Below are positions 30,601-40,924 of a stretch of 64,000 bases of DNA, in pieces. The DNA is from Giardia intestinalis (taxonomy: Eukaryota): assembly GCA_000002435.2 (NCBI GenBank), contig CM018790.1. One strand, 5' to 3'. Below the pieces are notes generated by a model that did not search any database, was not told the DNA's origin, and saw only the letters and a list, made by a program, of their open reading frames with translations. Made by a program: the position numbers and the translations under genes. The stretch's first letter is position 1. Every line of letters begins with the position of its first letter.

Positions 30601-32402
30601 CCAAGTTGTCTCTGTACGCTGCTCACAAGTGCGAAGATGAAATATTATCGCTCATAGCTGCATACAATCTTCAGCACTTTCAAGCAAGACTACCATTGTC
30701 TGTATCCAATGTGTTTTCGGAAGAGAGAGTGACGCACATCTCCATTCCGTGCCAGCTCGCTGCTCTGCTGGAACTTCAAGAGGACCACAAGAAGTGTGAT
30801 GCATCTATACTGAAAATAGCCGAATCCACAGGAAAGGTTATCTTATTAGATAGGCTAATGGCTGAAATGAAAACGCTGGTATCTGATATGAACGAGACTG
30901 AAAATCCAGCCAGTCTAAAGGATAAGTTGAAGTCTTGCACCAAGCAAGCTGCTCTGTTGGAGGCTCAGCTATCGGAACTCACAGACCAGCATAACAAGAA
31001 GGCTCTTGAAGAAGGCCTCGTAATCAGCGAGGAGGAAGAGCGGTCCCTCCAGGTGATAATAATAGAGAACACAAAAGAACTAAAGGATATAGAAGATGCG
31101 CTAAGTGCCGCAACCAAGAGCTTAGATAAACACACTGAGCGAGTGGAGGCAGCACATATGCGATTTAAAGAACAGAGCAAGCACTTGGAGGGCCTTATAG
31201 ACGACAAGCTAAGCAAGGAAGCTGAGTACAAGACGTTGCAGGGTCGCTTGAAGGAGATTGACAAACAGATTAGCACAGAAACAGAGACACTCGATGCGCT
31301 AAAGGAAACCTCTCTAAGGATGTGCCGAGAACACGAGTCCTTAATTAGTAGACTAGATGCCGCTCTCGGCTCTATCTGTACTTTATTGTCCACTGGAACA
31401 AACTACTTGCAGTGCATCACAGAGCTCCAGAACTACGGCACTGTGCAGATAGATATGTCAGAGGGACCAAGACACGCAACAAGCAAAGGCCACAAGGGAC
31501 ACAAAGGTCAAAAGAGGGGAGAGGGTGACGGAGATCTTGCTTTTTTGCAGCCAAAACTACTCCAGGCCTTAAATGAGTTGCAAAGTGGCCACGATTCTGC
31601 GCAATCTAGAGCAAGGTATGATGAATTAACAAACTTAATAGCGAACTGTGCGATTATTATGGAGACTGTGGCCGCAAGAATGCAATCTCTGAACAACCAA
31701 GATAACGGTAGCGATCCTGTGCAGTTCCTCTTGGCTAATCCTGACGCCTTCGAGGAGCTACAAGCAAAGCTGAAGACTGTGCACTCTAAACTCGTACTCA
31801 GCGCAGGGGTGTCGGCAGGGGCACAGGGCACCTATGAGGAGCTGCGGAGTAATGCTATGGAGCTCCAGAGATTAAGAGACAAAATTCTGAACGACAAGGA
31901 GAAGATCCTGGCGTTCATCTCTCAAATAGATGACAAGAAGATGGATGCCCTAAGAGCATCATATGAGAGGATCAATAGCGATCTCAACAAGGTCTTTGCT
32001 GTACTCCTGCCAGGATCCCAAGCAAACCTCAAGACAGTGGACCCCAACGACCTCTCTAAGGGGGTGTTTTTTGATGTGAAACTGGGTACAACCAGCACCA
32101 CGATCTCCTGCCTGTCTGGCGGACAGAGGAGTCTCCTTGCGCTAAGCCTGATATTCTCCCTGCTCTTGTACAAGCCCTGCCCACTGTACATTCTAGATGA
32201 AATAGACGCTGCACTGGACCTCAACCATACGCATAACATAGGCGTCCTTATTAAGAGGAGCTTCCCACAGAGCCAGTTTGTCATTGTGTCTCTTAAGGAC
32301 GGACTCTTCTCTAATGCTAACGTGCTTTTGAAGACAAAGTTTGTTGGAGGGTCGAGCGCTATCGACAGATATGTGCGAAATAATGAGAGCACTAGCACCT
32401 AA
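27672..32402 (+). CDS. SMC2: Structural maintenance of chromosomes protein 2 (condensin subunit SMC2)
   Basis: N-terminus [52 protein letters not shown]…[12 protein letters not shown]…LLNG…[17 protein letters not shown] is collinear with SMC2 ([52 protein letters not shown]…), including Walker A. C-terminus has the signature motif LSGGQRSL and Walker B [12 protein letters not shown]. At 1576 aa it is about 400 aa longer than typical SMC2. Confidence 0.9.
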   Translation: [1576 protein letters not shown]

Positions 32403-33124
32403 TTATACACCTGCTCGGCAAAGTATTTGGCCAGCTTTCTAGACGTTTCTTGTTGCGAGCGAAGCACTGCGTCTCGTGAGTCTTGTAGCCCTTGTAAACC
32501 GTCTGCAAAATGCTTCGCGGTCTGCACCTCGTCTGAAATGATCGGTGCACGCCTGCCTATGGTTGTCGGAAGGTACCTACGGTGCACTCCATCAACAAGC
32601 TCCTTCGTGCACTCCATGCGTATCTTCTCTTCTTCTGCCAGGAGGTATCTAAGATTGAGCATTCTCTTTTCTTCTATCTCGACTATTTCTGGCAATTGGG
32701 CCTTGTAGGGAGTGTATTTATTGCACGTGTCCAGCAGGTGCTTGTTTGCATCTATGAGAGCGGCAGTTTCTTGCTGGATGCGTATCCGTGCATTCTGAAG
32801 AAGCTCCTCTGGAGTTAACGGCGCCAGCTTATCTATTTTGAAATATGCATGACCTTCCGGTTGCTGACTGTGCTGTGGAGCCTGTTTCCCCACCTGCTTG
32901 CGTATGTAAAGGGAGGGTGTAAACTGCGCAGTGTCTTTGGAACTATGCACATTGCCCTCTGCACTTGTAGGAGGATCTACGGTCCCTATTCTAAGGCCCT
33001 GAATTGGCTCCTCACGAGGCATCCGTGGGCGTAACGCAACCCCAAGAGAGTACGATCTGGTGGACAGCCCCACTGGAGCTCCTTGACTCCCTTGAGCCTC
33101 CTTGGTCGCCCGTTCAACTTGCAT
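32399..33124 (-). CDS. Hypothetical coiled-coil protein, 241 aa
   Basis: ORF with a heptad-rich central region. Its 3' end abuts the SMC2 stop. Confidence 0.45.
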   Translation of the reverse strand: MQVERATKEAQGSQGAPVGLSTRSYSLGVALRPRMPREEPIQGLRIGTVDPPTSAEGNVHSSKDTAQFTPSLYIRKQVGKQAPQHSQQPEGHAYFKIDKLAPLTPEELLQNARIRIQQETAALIDANKHLLDTCNKYTPYKAQLPEIVEIEEKRMLNLRYLLAEEEKIRMECTKELVDGVHRRYLPTTIGRRAPIISDEVQTAKHFADGLQGLQDSRDAVLRSQQETSRKLAKYFAEQVYN

Positions 33125-33146
33125 TTTGGTAGAATTATTTACACGA

Positions 33147-34217
33147 CTACAACTCGAGAGTCATCGGCCTGTGCTGCTCGCTTCCCTGGTAGTCATCCAT
33201 CGAAAGCAGCGGGACGGTAACCGGTTCCCAAAGGAGTTTAATCGCATCACCATAGACGCCCTTGAGCTCGGTCGCGCATCGCTCGTCAAACGCTTGCCCA
33301 TACACCTTTTTATAGTAGTACTTACACCCTTTGCACTCGCGGAAGTGCATGGCGGTGATTCTATTGAGCCTATTGGAGTCGCTTCCGGAGCCTGCAAAGG
33401 CCACGTTCATAGAGAATGCTGCCGCACAGCACGGATCGTATAGGAAGTCGTGAGCTAGCTTGAAGGCGTACTCGTCCAAGCCTTGAAACTCATCCTCCAC
33501 ACCTGCTCTGAGGCTGTCGCCGTTGTACTTTGCTGAGTACATCTTATGCAACTGTCTGAAGTCTGCACGTGTGTATGTTGCGAAGATTCTGATCCAGGTG
33601 CTGACCTCGTCTTTCTTTACCCCCTTTGTCTCGATCGCCTTTCTAACAAGGACCAGATCCTCCTCGAGCTCGTGTGTATCGCGGGGGATGCGGTCGCCTG
33701 TCGCAACAGCATTGATGAGCTTCGCCCACATATACTTGTCCCCGCAGTCCTTACGGACCACATCGCCCAGGGAATCATTGTAGAGCTGATAATAGAGCTG
33801 CCTTATTTCGCGGACCTCGTGGGTCTCTATCGTCAGAAGGACGTCTACGAGGCACTTCTCATCTGTTCCTGCACCCTTGGTGGCCCCCCTGATTAGCTCG
33901 CAGAGTAACTGGGCCCGGGGCTTGTAGAGCATTAGCACGAGGCTTTCAAAGTCCTTTGACAGATGCTTTTTCAAGAAGGCGTCGAGGAACGTCCCGGTGA
34001 TGGCCTGGAACGTTCGCTGCATATTCCTCAGCTGGTTCGGAGGGTAGCTTCTCGCGATCTCTATCAGATCCAGCCGCTTGCTCTCGTCCTGACATGCCTC
34101 CACAACCTTCTGCACAACCGCTGTGACGCCTGTGGACATCTGGTAATTTTTATTTGCCATTTTACTCTGAAATGTCACAAAAACTTCTGTAACGAAAGGG
34201 CTGCTGATTACACACAA
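33147..34217 (-). CDS. Alpha-giardin (annexin homologue)
   Basis: Four annexin-type repeats, including the G-T-D-E signature (KGAGTDEKCLVDVLL) and repeated hydrophobic/Arg patterns. The probable true start is the Met at 34163 (agtaaaATGgcaaataaaaat, an AT-rich initiator), giving about 338 aa. Confidence 0.8.
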   Translation of the reverse strand: MCVISSPFVTEVFVTFQSKMANKNYQMSTGVTAVVQKVVEACQDESKRLDLIEIARSYPPNQLRNMQRTFQAITGTFLDAFLKKHLSKDFESLVLMLYKPRAQLLCELIRGATKGAGTDEKCLVDVLLTIETHEVREIRQLYYQLYNDSLGDVVRKDCGDKYMWAKLINAVATGDRIPRDTHELEEDLVLVRKAIETKGVKKDEVSTWIRIFATYTRADFRQLHKMYSAKYNGDSLRAGVEDEFQGLDEYAFKLAHDFLYDPCCAAAFSMNVAFAGSGSDSNRLNRITAMHFRECKGCKYYYKKVYGQAFDERCATELKGVYGDAIKLLWEPVTVPLLSMDDYQGSEQHRPMTLEL

Positions 34218-34299
34218 CCAATGGGCTAGCGAAAACCCTGGTGCCCCCTATGGTCTGGAGCAAGGCCCAAACGGGTAACTTAATTTAAAGCTTAAACGC

Positions 34300-34337
34300 C
34301 TGTGGTCAAGACATTTCAGAGGCCACAAAATTAAAAT
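34300..34337 (+). promoter_or_regulatory. AT-rich initiator immediately upstream of PFOR
   Basis: …ggccacaaaattaaaatATG. The AATTAAAAT block abutting the start codon is the classic Giardia initiator-type promoter. Confidence 0.45.
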
Positions 34338-37300
34338 ATGACGACCGCCCTGTCCTCTCAGGAGCAGCTGTGCATCGACGGCGCGACTGCGACGTCCATG
34401 ATGGTGTACAGGCTGATCGACTTCACGGCCATCTTCCCCATCACCCCGTCCTCTGTCATGGCCGAGATGATCGAGCAGTACGCCGCGCAAGGCAAGAAGA
34501 ACATCTTCGGAAACGTCGTCACTGTCCGCCAGGCCTGGTCGGAGCTTGGAGCCATTGGCACGTGTCACGGAGCAGCGACCGCAGGCGCCCTCACGGCGAC
34601 CTTCAGCTCGTCGCAGGGGGTCCTCCTCATGATCTCTAACCTCTACCACATGGCTGGCGAGCGCATCCCCTTCGTCCTGCACGTCGCCACGCGCACCGTC
34701 GGGATGGCAGCCACCTCTCTCGCTACAGATCATACGGACGTCTACGCAATCGAAGGCACGAACATGTGCGCCCTGTCCAGCTGCAACGTCCAGGAGTGCT
34801 ACGACATGTCTCTGGTTGCCCACACGACTGCTACGAATGTCCAGGCCGCCTTCTGCCATTTCTTCGAGGGATATCGTGTCTCCCACCAGTTCGAGACGAT
34901 CCAGGTCTTCAAGGACGACGCAGACATCAAGGACTTCCTCAGCGAGGACCAGCTTGCCAAGTGGAGGAGCGAGAACGCCATGGACACTGATCGCCCGATC
35001 GCCTCGAACATCGGTCTCGGAGGCGAGATCCACATGCAGATAGTTGAGTCCCAGGGTGCTGTCTTCGACTCTATCCCGTACCGTATCGAGGAGGCCTTCG
35101 ACCTGCTCCACCGGAAGACTGGCCGCCGTTACCACTGCTTCGAGTACTTCGGCCACCCGACCCCCGATGTTGTTGTCGTCGTCATGGGCGCAACCAGCCT
35201 CACTTTTGAAAACGTCGTCGACGCGCTTGTTAACCGCGAGAACCGCCGCGTTGGCTTTGTCAGAGTCCGCCTCTTCAGGCCGTTCAGCATCGAGCTCTTC
35301 AGCAACGCTATTCCCAAGTCTGCGAAAGTTGTTGTGGCCCTCGATCGCGCACCAGAGCTCCTGAACGCCGGCGGTACGCTCTACCGCGAGACTCTTGCCG
35401 CTCTCATGAAGACTGGCCGCCTTGGCGCGGGCAAGAACTCTGTCCGCCTCGTTGCTGGCGGCCGCTACTCGTACTACGGATGGGAGCTCGGGCCCGCAGA
35501 CGTGGTCACTCTCTATGAGACGTTCGACGTCAGCACGCGCCACGTCGAGAAGATGCCGACGGACTTCGTGCTCAGCATCAAGGACGATATCCGCAAGCGC
35601 TCTCTCCGCCCGGCGCTCCCGGAGCACGTCCCGAAGAGCCTCCTTCCAGAGGGCACCACGGAGTGCATCCTCTGGGGTCTCGGCTCAGACGGCACCATTG
35701 GTGCCTGCCGCAACGCCATGAAGATCCTCTCCGACCGCGTGGGGTGCGAATGCCAAGCCAACTTCGAGTTCGACGGCAAGAAGTCCGGCGGCACCACCGT
35801 CTCACACCTTCGCTTCGGGCCAAAGAAGATCAGGGCCCAGTACAACATCGAGGAGGCCGGGTATGTTGCCTGCCACGCGCAGAGCTACGTGAGCAAGTTC
35901 AACGTCCTCCACGGCATCAAGGAGGATGGGTTCTTTGTCCTGAACACGGAGCATGATACGGTCGAGACTCTCGAGAAGTATCTGCCTGCCGAGATGAAGA
36001 GGGAGATTGCCCGCAAGAACATCCGAGTCTATGCCGTCAACGCAAATAAGGTCGCGCAGTCGGTCGGCCTTGGCGGACGCATAAACACGATCATGATCCT
36101 CTTCTTCCTCAAGCTCGGGCTCAGCAAGCTTCTTGACTTCGATGTCGCCTGCGAGGACATGAAGGCTGCCGCGAGGATTACCTACGCTAAGCAGAAGGCA
36201 GAGGTCATCGAGGCGAACGTGAAGGCCATTGACGTTGCTCGCTCCATTATAGAGCAGTGCCACATAGAGTACGATAAGGCGCGCTGGGTCAACGCTGACC
36301 CGAGCGAGTCGACTGCAAACCAAACCTACGGCCCAGAGCCTGACAAGTATGTCAAGGACATCATCTTGCCTGCCGTCACGAGGAAGTTCGCCAACATCGG
36401 CACCAAGGATGTGATGAAGTACAACTCTGGGAAGATTCCAGGCGGCTACTCCAAGTATGAGAAGCTCGGCTCTGCCGCCAAGGTTCCCATGTGGAAGAAG
36501 GAGAACTGCATCCAGTGCGGTTTCTGCTCTGTCCAGTGCCCGCACGCCGCCGTCCGCTGCTTCGTCATGAATGAGGACGCAAAGCCTGACAACGTCCCCG
36601 AGGACTTCGAGATGCTCGACATGAAGGGCAAGCTCGCTGCCGTTAACAGCGATTCCTCGAAGATCAAGTTCCGCGTCCAGGTTTCGCCGCTCGACTGCAG
36701 GGGATGCGGAGTCTGTGTAGAGGCCTGTCCCAAGGATGCCCTTGCCATGACCCCCATCGACACTGTCCTCGACAAGCAGCAGAAGCTCTTCGACTGGGCC
36801 TACGATTCTCTTCAGTTCACCCAGGGCACCACAAACATCGACACGGAGAGCTGCAACCTCCGCGACCTGCAGCTCCGCTTCCCGTACATGGAGTTCCCTG
36901 GCTCCTGCCCCGGCTGCGGTGAGAGTAACACGATGAAGATGCTGGCGACCCTCTATGGAGATTCGATGGTCGCCTCCATCGGCGTCGGGTGCTCGCTTGT
37001 CTGGATGCATTTCGGCTACATGCGTCCGTTCAACCTTGACAGCGACTCCCGCGGTATTGCCGCCTGCTCGTCGCTCTTTGAGGACAACTCTGTTTTCGGC
37101 TGGGGTGTCGCTCTTGATCGCGATGCCAAGCGTGCAAACCTTCGCGAGTACCTTCAAGCCAACGTCGAGAAGATCACTGACGAGTCCCTGAAGACTACCG
37201 TCCAGGGCTGGCTCGACGCGTTCGACGACCGCAAGGCCTCCATCCGCACGTCTCGTGAGCTCCGCAGCACGGTCGGCATCGAAAGGCTCGACAAGGGCGA

Positions 37301-38099
37301 CTACAAGAACAACCCTGAGTATATCATTCCGACTGTGGACAATCTTGCTTCCAAGTTCCAGCAGTCCGGCGTCGATCTGGATGTTGCGAAGCACATCCTC
37401 CTCAACAACAACTACCTTATCAAGGCCTCCCATTGGCTTGTGGGCGGTGACGGCTGGGCCTACGACATTGACTTTGCTGGCTTCGACCACATCGTCGCCT
37501 CTCGCGATCGCGTGCGTGTGCTCGTTCTCGTCAACCACTGCTTCGGTAACACGGGTGGCCAGAAGTCGAAGGCCACGTCGATCGGCAGCGTCATGAAGAA
37601 CGCGTACTCCGGCGTCAACGTCAAGGACAAGAAGATGGGCGTCATGCTCATGAGCACATACCGCGACGTCTACGTGGCACAGATCTCCCTCGGCTACAAC
37701 CGTAACCAGGCCCTCCAGGTCTTCAGGGAGGCAGAGCACTTTGACGGCCCCGCAGTTGTTCTCGCCTACTGCCCGTGCATCTCGCACATGGTCCAGGGCG
37801 GTCTCACTCACCAGGAGAGGCAGCAGAAGCTCGCCGTCGAGACGGGTGTCTGGCCTGTCTTCCGCTACAACCCGTCCAAGCCCATCGGTGACCGCATGAA
37901 GCTGGAGTACAAGGGGCCAATCAAGCCCGTCAAGGACTTCATGAACACGGAGCAGAGGTTCGGCGCCCTTGCAAAGAGGGACCCTGCCAGGTTCGAGGAG
38001 ATGGCTGCGGCTCTCCAGTCCGACGTTGAGGAGCACTGGAAGGTTCTTCAGGGGCTCAAGGCCATCGACGTGCCCACGGACCCGATTGTTTTCGGGTAA
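34338..38099 (+). CDS. PFOR: Pyruvate:ferredoxin oxidoreductase (PFOR)
   Basis: 1253 aa. N-terminal domain I matches PFOR (IFPITPSS…AAQGKKNIFG…SELGAIG.CHGA…FTSSQGLLLMI…). Two ferredoxin-type 4Fe-4S motifs (CIQCGFCSVQCP, CRGCGVCVEACP). TPP-binding GGDGWAYDIDFAGFDH. Very GC3-rich codon usage. The 744-aa antisense ORF is an artifact. Confidence 0.95.
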   Translation: MTTALSSQEQLCIDGATATSMMVYRLIDFTAIFPITPSSVMAEMIEQYAAQGKKNIFGNVVTVRQAWSELGAIGTCHGAATAGALTATFSSSQGVLLMISNLYHMAGERIPFVLHVATRTVGMAATSLATDHTDVYAIEGTNMCALSSCNVQECYDMSLVAHTTATNVQAAFCHFFEGYRVSHQFETIQVFKDDADIKDFLSEDQLAKWRSENAMDTDRPIASNIGLGGEIHMQIVESQGAVFDSIPYRIEEAFDLLHRKTGRRYHCFEYFGHPTPDVVVVVMGATSLTFENVVDALVNRENRRVGFVRVRLFRPFSIELFSNAIPKSAKVVVALDRAPELLNAGGTLYRETLAALMKTGRLGAGKNSVRLVAGGRYSYYGWELGPADVVTLYETFDVSTRHVEKMPTDFVLSIKDDIRKRSLRPALPEHVPKSLLPEGTTECILWGLGSDGTIGACRNAMKILSDRVGCECQANFEFDGKKSGGTTVSHLRFGPKKIRAQYNIEEAGYVACHAQSYVSKFNVLHGIKEDGFFVLNTEHDTVETLEKYLPAEMKREIARKNIRVYAVNANKVAQSVGLGGRINTIMILFFLKLGLSKLLDFDVACEDMKAAARITYAKQKAEVIEANVKAIDVARSIIEQCHIEYDKARWVNADPSESTANQTYGPEPDKYVKDIILPAVTRKFANIGTKDVMKYNSGKIPGGYSKYEKLGSAAKVPMWKKENCIQCGFCSVQCPHAAVRCFVMNEDAKPDNVPEDFEMLDMKGKLAAVNSDSSKIKFRVQVSPLDCRGCGVCVEACPKDALAMTPIDTVLDKQQKLFDWAYDSLQFTQGTTNIDTESCNLRDLQLRFPYMEFPGSCPGCGESNTMKMLATLYGDSMVASIGVGCSLVWMHFGYMRPFNLDSDSRGIAACSSLFEDNSVFGWGVALDRDAKRANLREYLQANVEKITDESLKTTVQGWLDAFDDRKASIRTSRELRSTVGIERLDKGDYKNNPEYIIPTVDNLASKFQQSGVDLDVAKHILLNNNYLIKASHWLVGGDGWAYDIDFAGFDHIVASRDRVRVLVLVNHCFGNTGGQKSKATSIGSVMKNAYSGVNVKDKKMGVMLMSTYRDVYVAQISLGYNRNQALQVFREAEHFDGPAVVLAYCPCISHMVQGGLTHQERQQKLAVETGVWPVFRYNPSKPIGDRMKLEYKGPIKPVKDFMNTEQRFGALAKRDPARFEEMAAALQSDVEEHWKVLQGLKAIDVPTDPIVFG

Positions 38100-38492
38100 A
38101 AAAGTGAATCATCTCGCGATGCTTTTTCGGGGGGTCTTGTACGTCTCTTACGGTATCCACCTTGCTCTCCACGCTCTTCTGTTGCTGCTCCTCGTGGCCC
38201 AGCTCCTTCTTGTCTTCCACTTTGGATACATCGAGAATCCTGTATTTCGGATCGTCGAGCCCCACCCACAAATGCAAGCCGCGTTGGTCAGCTACGGGGT
38301 CGTGGGGTCGTTAGTCGTTGTCATATTCACCGTTGGAAGGCTCATCCACGAGGCGCGGAGCATTTTGGTCCCTGTGTGTCGGGTACTGTATCTTCTATTA
38401 TACGTGGCCGTGGTCCCGCTTGTGTTGTTGCGCCGCTTCCACTTCCTTAAGAAGCGCATAAGGTAAAGCGACACAAAGTCTTGCACAGCTGT

Positions 38493-39809
38493 TTACAATA
38501 GCTTGGAAACTAAAGAGGTCTTGAGGGACCGTCGCAGACCGATGTACGAAAGGCACAGGCTTACCAGGCATGCGAGGAATATGGCTGCTGAGCTCGCAAA
38601 GAGGATATAGAAAGGACTGAGGCTTTCTGGCACATAGAATGGGCCGGCACTCTTTGGGTCGCTATCACACAGCCACGGGTTCAGTAGATTCATTCCCAGA
38701 AATCCGCTGGGAAGAGCTGCCAGCTTAATCGACACAGATATGAATGCAATCCAAACTTTATATGAAAGGATTCTGTTCTGGCGTCTGTCTAGGCGCAACT
38801 GGATGATGAGCATGCGCATATTGAAGCCAGAGAGCATTCGAATCACTTCTATGTGTAGCATTTCACTTTCTAATATGTATATCTCAAGGATCTTCTCTAT
38901 CCTCTCCACGGAGACAGGCAGGTTCTCAAGTACATCATCGTCAATGTCGTCAAATGTCGCTTTCTTAATTATGTGTATGTCTGCCTGATTATTAATGTTT
39001 GCCTGGGACCCCGGCCTCAGAAGGGTGGATGATGAATAAGACATGTTACCCAGGTGCAGTCCCGTGGGCGTGGAATTGGTGCGGACGTGCAGCTGTAAAT
39101 TTGACATTTGTGACTGTCCCTGGGTGTTGGCACGGATGAAGTCCTGGTTTTTCAGGGAGATACGAGAGACCTGATCGTCGTGGGCTAAGTTGATCAACAT
39201 CGTTTTGTATCTGTCCAGACATAACTTGATTTGATAGCAAGGGTCGAAGAGAGTCTTATACCCTGTTGAGTCTGCCAGAAGCATGCGGGACGCGTCCCTG
39301 GTGAGGCGACGAAATGCGTCCTTGACCTCATTCAAGGTGTACTGGAGCAGAAAGCCCAAGCAATCTAACTCCCACTCGTCATAGTTGCGCATGGCCGCTG
39401 CCAGCTGGCTCACAAAGTTAGAGATTCGCGCCTGGCCCTCGTGCGGCATGGAGTCCTTTGGAGGAATACCGACATAGCAGTCACTCCGAGTGATGACCAT
39501 AGGGATCTGCTCGAGGATGATCAGGCTGAAGCCACTGTTAATGAGGAAGAACGTCTCCCGGGTCACAAGCGAGTATATCTCGCGAGTGGTCAAAAGTGCC
39601 CGCAGAGACTCCTGCTTCGGAAGCTTAGAGTCTCCAGTATGGCGAAAAATGAGCACGTCCCCCAGCTTGACGTCTGTCGTGACTGTCCCATCTGCCTGGA
39701 TGCAGTAAAATAGGAGCTCATCCGCCCAGGCCCCCTCTGCCATCCTCTCTGCTTTTTGCCGGGAGGCCGGCGTTGATGAGGAAGAATTTACTTGCTGACA
39801 TAGACGCAT
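38493..39809 (-). CDS. CorA/MRS2-family magnesium transporter
   Basis: 438 aa. Two C-terminal TM helices with the GMN signature at the end of TM1 (…LAALPSGFLGMNLLNP…) and a second TM (FYILFASSAAIFLACLVSLCLSYIGL). Long soluble N-terminal domain, as in CorA/Mrs2. Confidence 0.7.
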   Translation of the reverse strand: MRLCQQVNSSSSTPASRQKAERMAEGAWADELLFYCIQADGTVTTDVKLGDVLIFRHTGDSKLPKQESLRALLTTREIYSLVTRETFFLINSGFSLIILEQIPMVITRSDCYVGIPPKDSMPHEGQARISNFVSQLAAAMRNYDEWELDCLGFLLQYTLNEVKDAFRRLTRDASRMLLADSTGYKTLFDPCYQIKLCLDRYKTMLINLAHDDQVSRISLKNQDFIRANTQGQSQMSNLQLHVRTNSTPTGLHLGNMSYSSSTLLRPGSQANINNQADIHIIKKATFDDIDDDVLENLPVSVERIEKILEIYILESEMLHIEVIRMLSGFNMRMLIIQLRLDRRQNRILSYKVWIAFISVSIKLAALPSGFLGMNLLNPWLCDSDPKSAGPFYVPESLSPFYILFASSAAIFLACLVSLCLSYIGLRRSLKTSLVSKLL

Positions 39810-39810
39810 T

Positions 39811-40893
39811 CTAGATCCACTTGTTTATCTCCCTTAACAACAGCACAAGCACAGACACGTTGTCCTGTGTACCGCTTCGGATTGCTAAATTCTTGAGCTC
39901 GAAAGCTGCCTTTTGAGGCGATCCCGTCTCCTTGAGACACTTTCGAACAGTGTCAACACTTTGCTGATCGGTGACCACGTCCCACACACCGTCACATGCC
40001 ATTATTATAAACTCGTCTAGCTCATTCGTGGAGCTGGCCGTCACACCGACAGAGTCTGGTGTGGGGTATCTGGGATACGAGCGGAGAAACGGGTCACACG
40101 TAACCAAGTTTTTTATGCAATGGTCTCCCAACGCGCGCGAGACGGAGATGAAGCCGTTGACGCGGCCAAAGATGACAGTCCCTCCCAGGGACTTGATGCG
40201 GTCAATCTCCAGCTTGTCGCTTGCTTTATGGTCTTCTGTGCATCTGTATGCTGTGCCGTTTATCGAAATAACTGCCCGCGAATCGCCAACTGACGCAAAC
40301 TCTATCGTGTACTTCGTGACTAGGGCAATGAGAGCAGTACAACCGACATATAGGACGTTCTTCTGCCTTAGCACATCATCCGTCCGTTGAATAGCCTTCC
40401 TGATGATTGCACCAAGTTTGCTGGGCTCATTGGGGGGAACCGGGACGCGCACCTTGGCCGACGGGGATATCTTGTCCTTGGAAAATGTTCCGGTACGAAC
40501 TCCCGAGGACATGGTGGCGTTGGTCAACTGAGAATCTTTTGGAACTCCAGACGGATTTCCACTTAAATTGTGGCCATCGGATGAGAGCTTAGAGCCGGCC
40601 TGGGAACACGTTGGCTGACTCATCGACTGATTTGCTAAAGGATCGGCTTCTAAAAGATGCTCAAGCTTCTGATTTAGAAGGTCTTCCAGTAGATAACGGT
40701 GCAAATTGTCCCCTGCTATGCGGGCTGCTTCCTGTCCCCCGTGTCCATCATAGATGGCAAAAAAACCAGTGGAGTGAGAGTTGCCTAGTTTGTCTATCAT
40801 GACGCACACGTCTTCCATCTGTTTGCGGAAGCGTGGGTTCGGGTCCTCTGCATGGCCTATTCCAACTACGCTGGTTAAACGGAGGGTTGCCAT
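39811..40893 (-). CDS. PP2C-family Ser/Thr protein phosphatase
   Basis: 360 aa. Motifs FFAIYDGHGG (metal-binding DGHGG), GCTALIALV, IIMACDGVWDVV and GTQDNVSVLVL, all in PP2C order. Confidence 0.85.
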   Translation of the reverse strand: MATLRLTSVVGIGHAEDPNPRFRKQMEDVCVMIDKLGNSHSTGFFAIYDGHGGQEAARIAGDNLHRYLLEDLLNQKLEHLLEADPLANQSMSQPTCSQAGSKLSSDGHNLSGNPSGVPKDSQLTNATMSSGVRTGTFSKDKISPSAKVRVPVPPNEPSKLGAIIRKAIQRTDDVLRQKNVLYVGCTALIALVTKYTIEFASVGDSRAVISINGTAYRCTEDHKASDKLEIDRIKSLGGTVIFGRVNGFISVSRALGDHCIKNLVTCDPFLRSYPRYPTPDSVGVTASSTNELDEFIIMACDGVWDVVTDQQSVDTVRKCLKETGSPQKAAFELKNLAIRSGTQDNVSVLVLLLREINKWI

Positions 40894-40924
40894 TGTCTTT
40901 TATCAAGCAATTTTTTGAATTTTA